Shown here: positions 6,838 to 8,358 of the stretch, piece after piece
Layout: every line of letters begins with the position of its first letter
Numbering within the stretch: position 1 is the first letter of the stretch
NCBI GenBank assembly: GCA_964591795.1
Contig: CAZQEL010000028.1
Location: 1 to 8,358 of the forward strand
Origin: an uncultured archaeon
GTDB lineage: Archaea > Iainarchaeota > Iainarchaeia > Iainarchaeales > CSSED10-239
Direction of reading: 5' to 3'
DNA: 8,358 bases
Program-made: the position numbers and the translations under genes
Notes under the pieces: generated by a model
The model's database searches: none
Told to the model about the DNA's origin: nothing
The model's input: the letters and a program-made list of their open reading frames with translations, nothing else

Positions 6838-7101
6838 AGATCTGTAGGGTTATATGGTGAATCTAAATCATATGCTCTTTTTCAAACAGCTTTATTACTT
6901 CAAAAAAGAGGTAGAGCTTATATTGATATTGAATATAAAAGAAATCTAAAATAAATAATTAAAGTTGCAGGAAGAATGTTAGAGTCATATAATAAAACAA
7001 ATAAGAGTGAGATTAAATTTACAATTAAAGCACTAAAAGATACTGCTGTTAATTATGAACATGCAGATATAATTTAGGTTCAAATTGATAAAGTAAATTA
7101 A
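6355..7101 (+). pseudogene. Methyltransferase-fold-like gene interrupted by three in-frame stop codons (TAA 6835, TAA 6952, TAG 7075), with a terminal TAA at 7099
   Basis: The same frame continues as ...YHLVVA*RSVGLYGESKSYALFQTALLLQKRGRAYIDIEYKRNLK*IIKVAGRMLESYNKTNKSEIKFTIKALKDTAVNYEHADII*VQIDKVN*. The added segment resembles the helix plus beta5 (LLLQKRGRAYIDI, cf. LkpGGxlxi) and the beta6/beta7 strands of class I MTases. The extended frame ends 14 nt before the NUDIX start. Confidence 0.55.
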
Positions 7102-7115
7102 AATTAGGATTTATT

Positions 7116-7571
7116 ATGGATGATTTAGAAAATAAAATTATAAAAAGAACAGTTGCATTAATAGTTTTTTTTGATAAAAATAAAAAAGTGTTACTACAAA
7201 GTAGAATAGGCATTTCAAAATATGGTGAGGAATGGAGTTATTTTGGAGGAGGTGTTGAAAAAGATGAAACACCCAAGCAAGCAATAATTAGAGAAATAAA
7301 AGAGGAGTTGTCTTTTGATTTAACAAAAATAAATTTTAAATATATTGGCAAATATGATATTCTATTTTATAATGATAAATATTTTGGAAATAGTTTCTTT
7401 TTTATTGCACAATTAGATGAAGATATTCTTAATAAATTTAATCAAAAAGAAGGTAAAAGTTACAAGTTGTTTACTATTGAAGAAGCAAAAAAATTAAACC
7501 CTGGTTGTATACTTCAAAAAACCGATTTTTTAATATTGGATTTAATTAATGCTGAAATTAATAAATTTTAA
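7116..7571 (+). CDS. NUDIX hydrolase (MutT-like nucleoside diphosphate-X pyrophosphohydrolase)
   Basis: 151 aa with a complete Nudix box, GGGVEKDETPKQAIIREIKEELSF (G-x5-E-x7-R-E-x-x-E-E). A weak AGGA lies 6 nt upstream of the ATG. Confidence 0.9.
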   Translation: MDDLENKIIKRTVALIVFFDKNKKVLLQSRIGISKYGEEWSYFGGGVEKDETPKQAIIREIKEELSFDLTKINFKYIGKYDILFYNDKYFGNSFFFIAQLDEDILNKFNQKEGKSYKLFTIEEAKKLNPGCILQKTDFLILDLINAEINKF

Positions 7572-7594
7572 ATTTGTTTATTATAATTGAAAGG

Positions 7595-8149
7595 TTATTT
7601 TAACAAGGCATACATATAATTATCATGTACTTTTCCATTATAGATAGCTGATTTTTTTAAAATTCCTTCTCTTTTAAATTTATTTTTTTCTAAAACCTTA
7701 ACTGATCCTATATTTTTAGTACAAGCTTCCGCGGCAATTCTTTTAATACAGGTATTTTCAAATATAAATTTAGTAAATTCTTTCAAGGCTTCAGACATAA
7801 GGCCTTTATTCCAATAATCAGAAAGAAGCATAAAACCAATTTCACATCTTTTAAAATCTGTTATTATTGAAAATATACCCATAGTTCCAATTAGTTTATT
7901 ATCATGAATAATATGAAACGAAACACTTTTTCTTTTTTTAAAAACATCCATCTTTCTTAAAATTTGCTTTTCAGCAATTTTTCTTGAGTTTTTAATGTCT
8001 TTAGAACCCCCATTATATATCCAAAGAGCTTTATCTTCATATAATTGATATAATCCAGTAACGTGTTTTAAATCTGGTTTTACAAGAATCAATCTTTTTG
8101 TTTTTATTGGGTTATATTTATAACCTTTATTAAATATTTTTTCATCCAT
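7595..8149 (-). CDS. GNAT family N-acetyltransferase, RimJ/RimL (Acetyltransf_3) type
   Basis: 184 aa. It shows TKRLILVKPDLKHV (cf. TeRLxLRp), LIGTMGIFSI...RCEIGFMLLSDYWNKGLMSEALKEF (the acetyl-CoA-binding beta4-alpha3 region), IKRIAAEACTKNIGSVKVLEKNKFKREG (cf. N-x-x-S-x-x-v-l-e-K-x-G-F) and a HDNYMYALL tail. Confidence 0.85.
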   Translation of the reverse strand: MDEKIFNKGYKYNPIKTKRLILVKPDLKHVTGLYQLYEDKALWIYNGGSKDIKNSRKIAEKQILRKMDVFKKRKSVSFHIIHDNKLIGTMGIFSIITDFKRCEIGFMLLSDYWNKGLMSEALKEFTKFIFENTCIKRIAAEACTKNIGSVKVLEKNKFKREGILKKSAIYNGKVHDNYMYALLK

Positions 8150-8197
8150 ATTGAATCTACTCTTTTATATTATATAATAATATACACTATAATCAAC

Positions 8198-8358
8198 TTA
8201 ATTTTCCCAAATAGGTATATTGTTAATTGTACCATTACTATCATGTTTTTGTATATACTTTCTAACTAATTTATAGGTTTTTTCTAATTTAGTAACTGGA
8301 ATTTTACCTTGATCAATCTTACTAAAAGTATTTACTAAGTAATCATGAGTATAATTGC
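8198..8358 (-). CDS. 3' end of an unknown protein-coding gene whose 5' end lies outside the window
   Basis: The minus-strand frame is open from the window edge: NYTHDYLVNTFSKIDQGKIPVTKLEKTYKLVRKYIQKHDSNGTINNIPIWEN, with stop TAA at 8198-8200. It is co-directional with the GNAT gene and 48 nt upstream of it. I recognise no family. Confidence 0.45.
   Translation of the reverse strand, partial: NYTHDYLVNTFSKIDQGKIPVTKLEKTYKLVRKYIQKHDSNGTINNIPIWEN

Noticed and set aside
6854-6949. 31-codon ATG-initiated ORF in an alternative frame within the gap after 6837
   Set aside because: The frame continuing from the upstream gene gives longer, fold-consistent sequence. This alternative frame is short and hydrophobic low-complexity.
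1-8358. Alternative genetic code (TGA as Trp/Gly, or reassigned TAA/TAG) as an explanation for the interrupted gene at 6355-7101
   Set aside because: Trp is encoded by TGG, and no long ORF needs TGA readthrough. Every other gene ends cleanly at TAA or TAG with sensible C-termini and tight spacing to its neighbours. Global reassignment is therefore not supported.
1-8358. Search for CRISPR arrays, tRNA/rRNA genes, transposases, integrases and terminal inverted repeats
   Set aside because: There are no regularly spaced repeats, no GC-rich structured islands of the kind RNA genes form in AT-rich genomes, and no recombinase-like ORFs. I found nothing to report.
7595-8358. GNAT acetyltransferase plus upstream small gene as a GNAT-type toxin-antitoxin pair
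   Set aside because: The GNAT is of the RimJ/RimL (Acetyltransf_3) type rather than TacT/AtaT-like. The upstream ORF is truncated, shows no RHH/HTH features in the visible 52 aa, and is separated by 48 nt containing a promoter-like box.

Overview
This is a very AT-rich, densely packed prokaryotic chromosomal segment, roughly three-quarters A+T by eye. It uses the standard genetic code: Trp is TGG, every stop is TAA or TAG, and no in-frame TGA occurs. I can support about eleven protein-coding units. They are: the 3' end of a LivM-type branched-chain amino-acid ABC permease; an MTAP/PNP-family nucleoside phosphorylase; a single-pass membrane protein with an Asn/Asp-rich tandem hexapeptide tail; a DEDDy 3'-5' exonuclease of the PolB-exonuclease-like family; a compact HD-domain phosphohydrolase of the SAMHD1/EF1143 type, preceded by a 79-aa membrane protein; a fused TMD-NBD ABC exporter; a Rossmann/methyltransferase-like gene interrupted by three in-frame stops; a NUDIX hydrolase; a RimJ/RimL-type GNAT acetyltransferase; and the 3' end of an unknown gene. 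I saw no tRNA, rRNA, CRISPR array, transposase or integrase. Most genes lack a Shine-Dalgarno sequence and have an A/T TATA-like box about 20-31 nt upstream of the start. That fits a leaderless archaeal (DPANN-like) or other small-genome uncultivated lineage, but the signal is weak in DNA this AT-rich. Four things deserve a second look. (1) The methyltransferase-like gene reads through TAA, TAA and TAG without any frameshift and exactly fills the apparent 278-nt intergenic gap. (2) A co-directional membrane-protein / HD phosphohydrolase / DEDDy exonuclease cluster is a speculative nucleotide- or nucleic-acid-targeting module. (3) A 70-codon open frame is separated from its only ATG by a single-nucleotide shift in an A5 run. 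(4) A repeat-bearing surface protein gene has an A9 tract near its 5' end. No known defence system or mobile element is recognisable, and all functional calls rest on motif recognition by eye.
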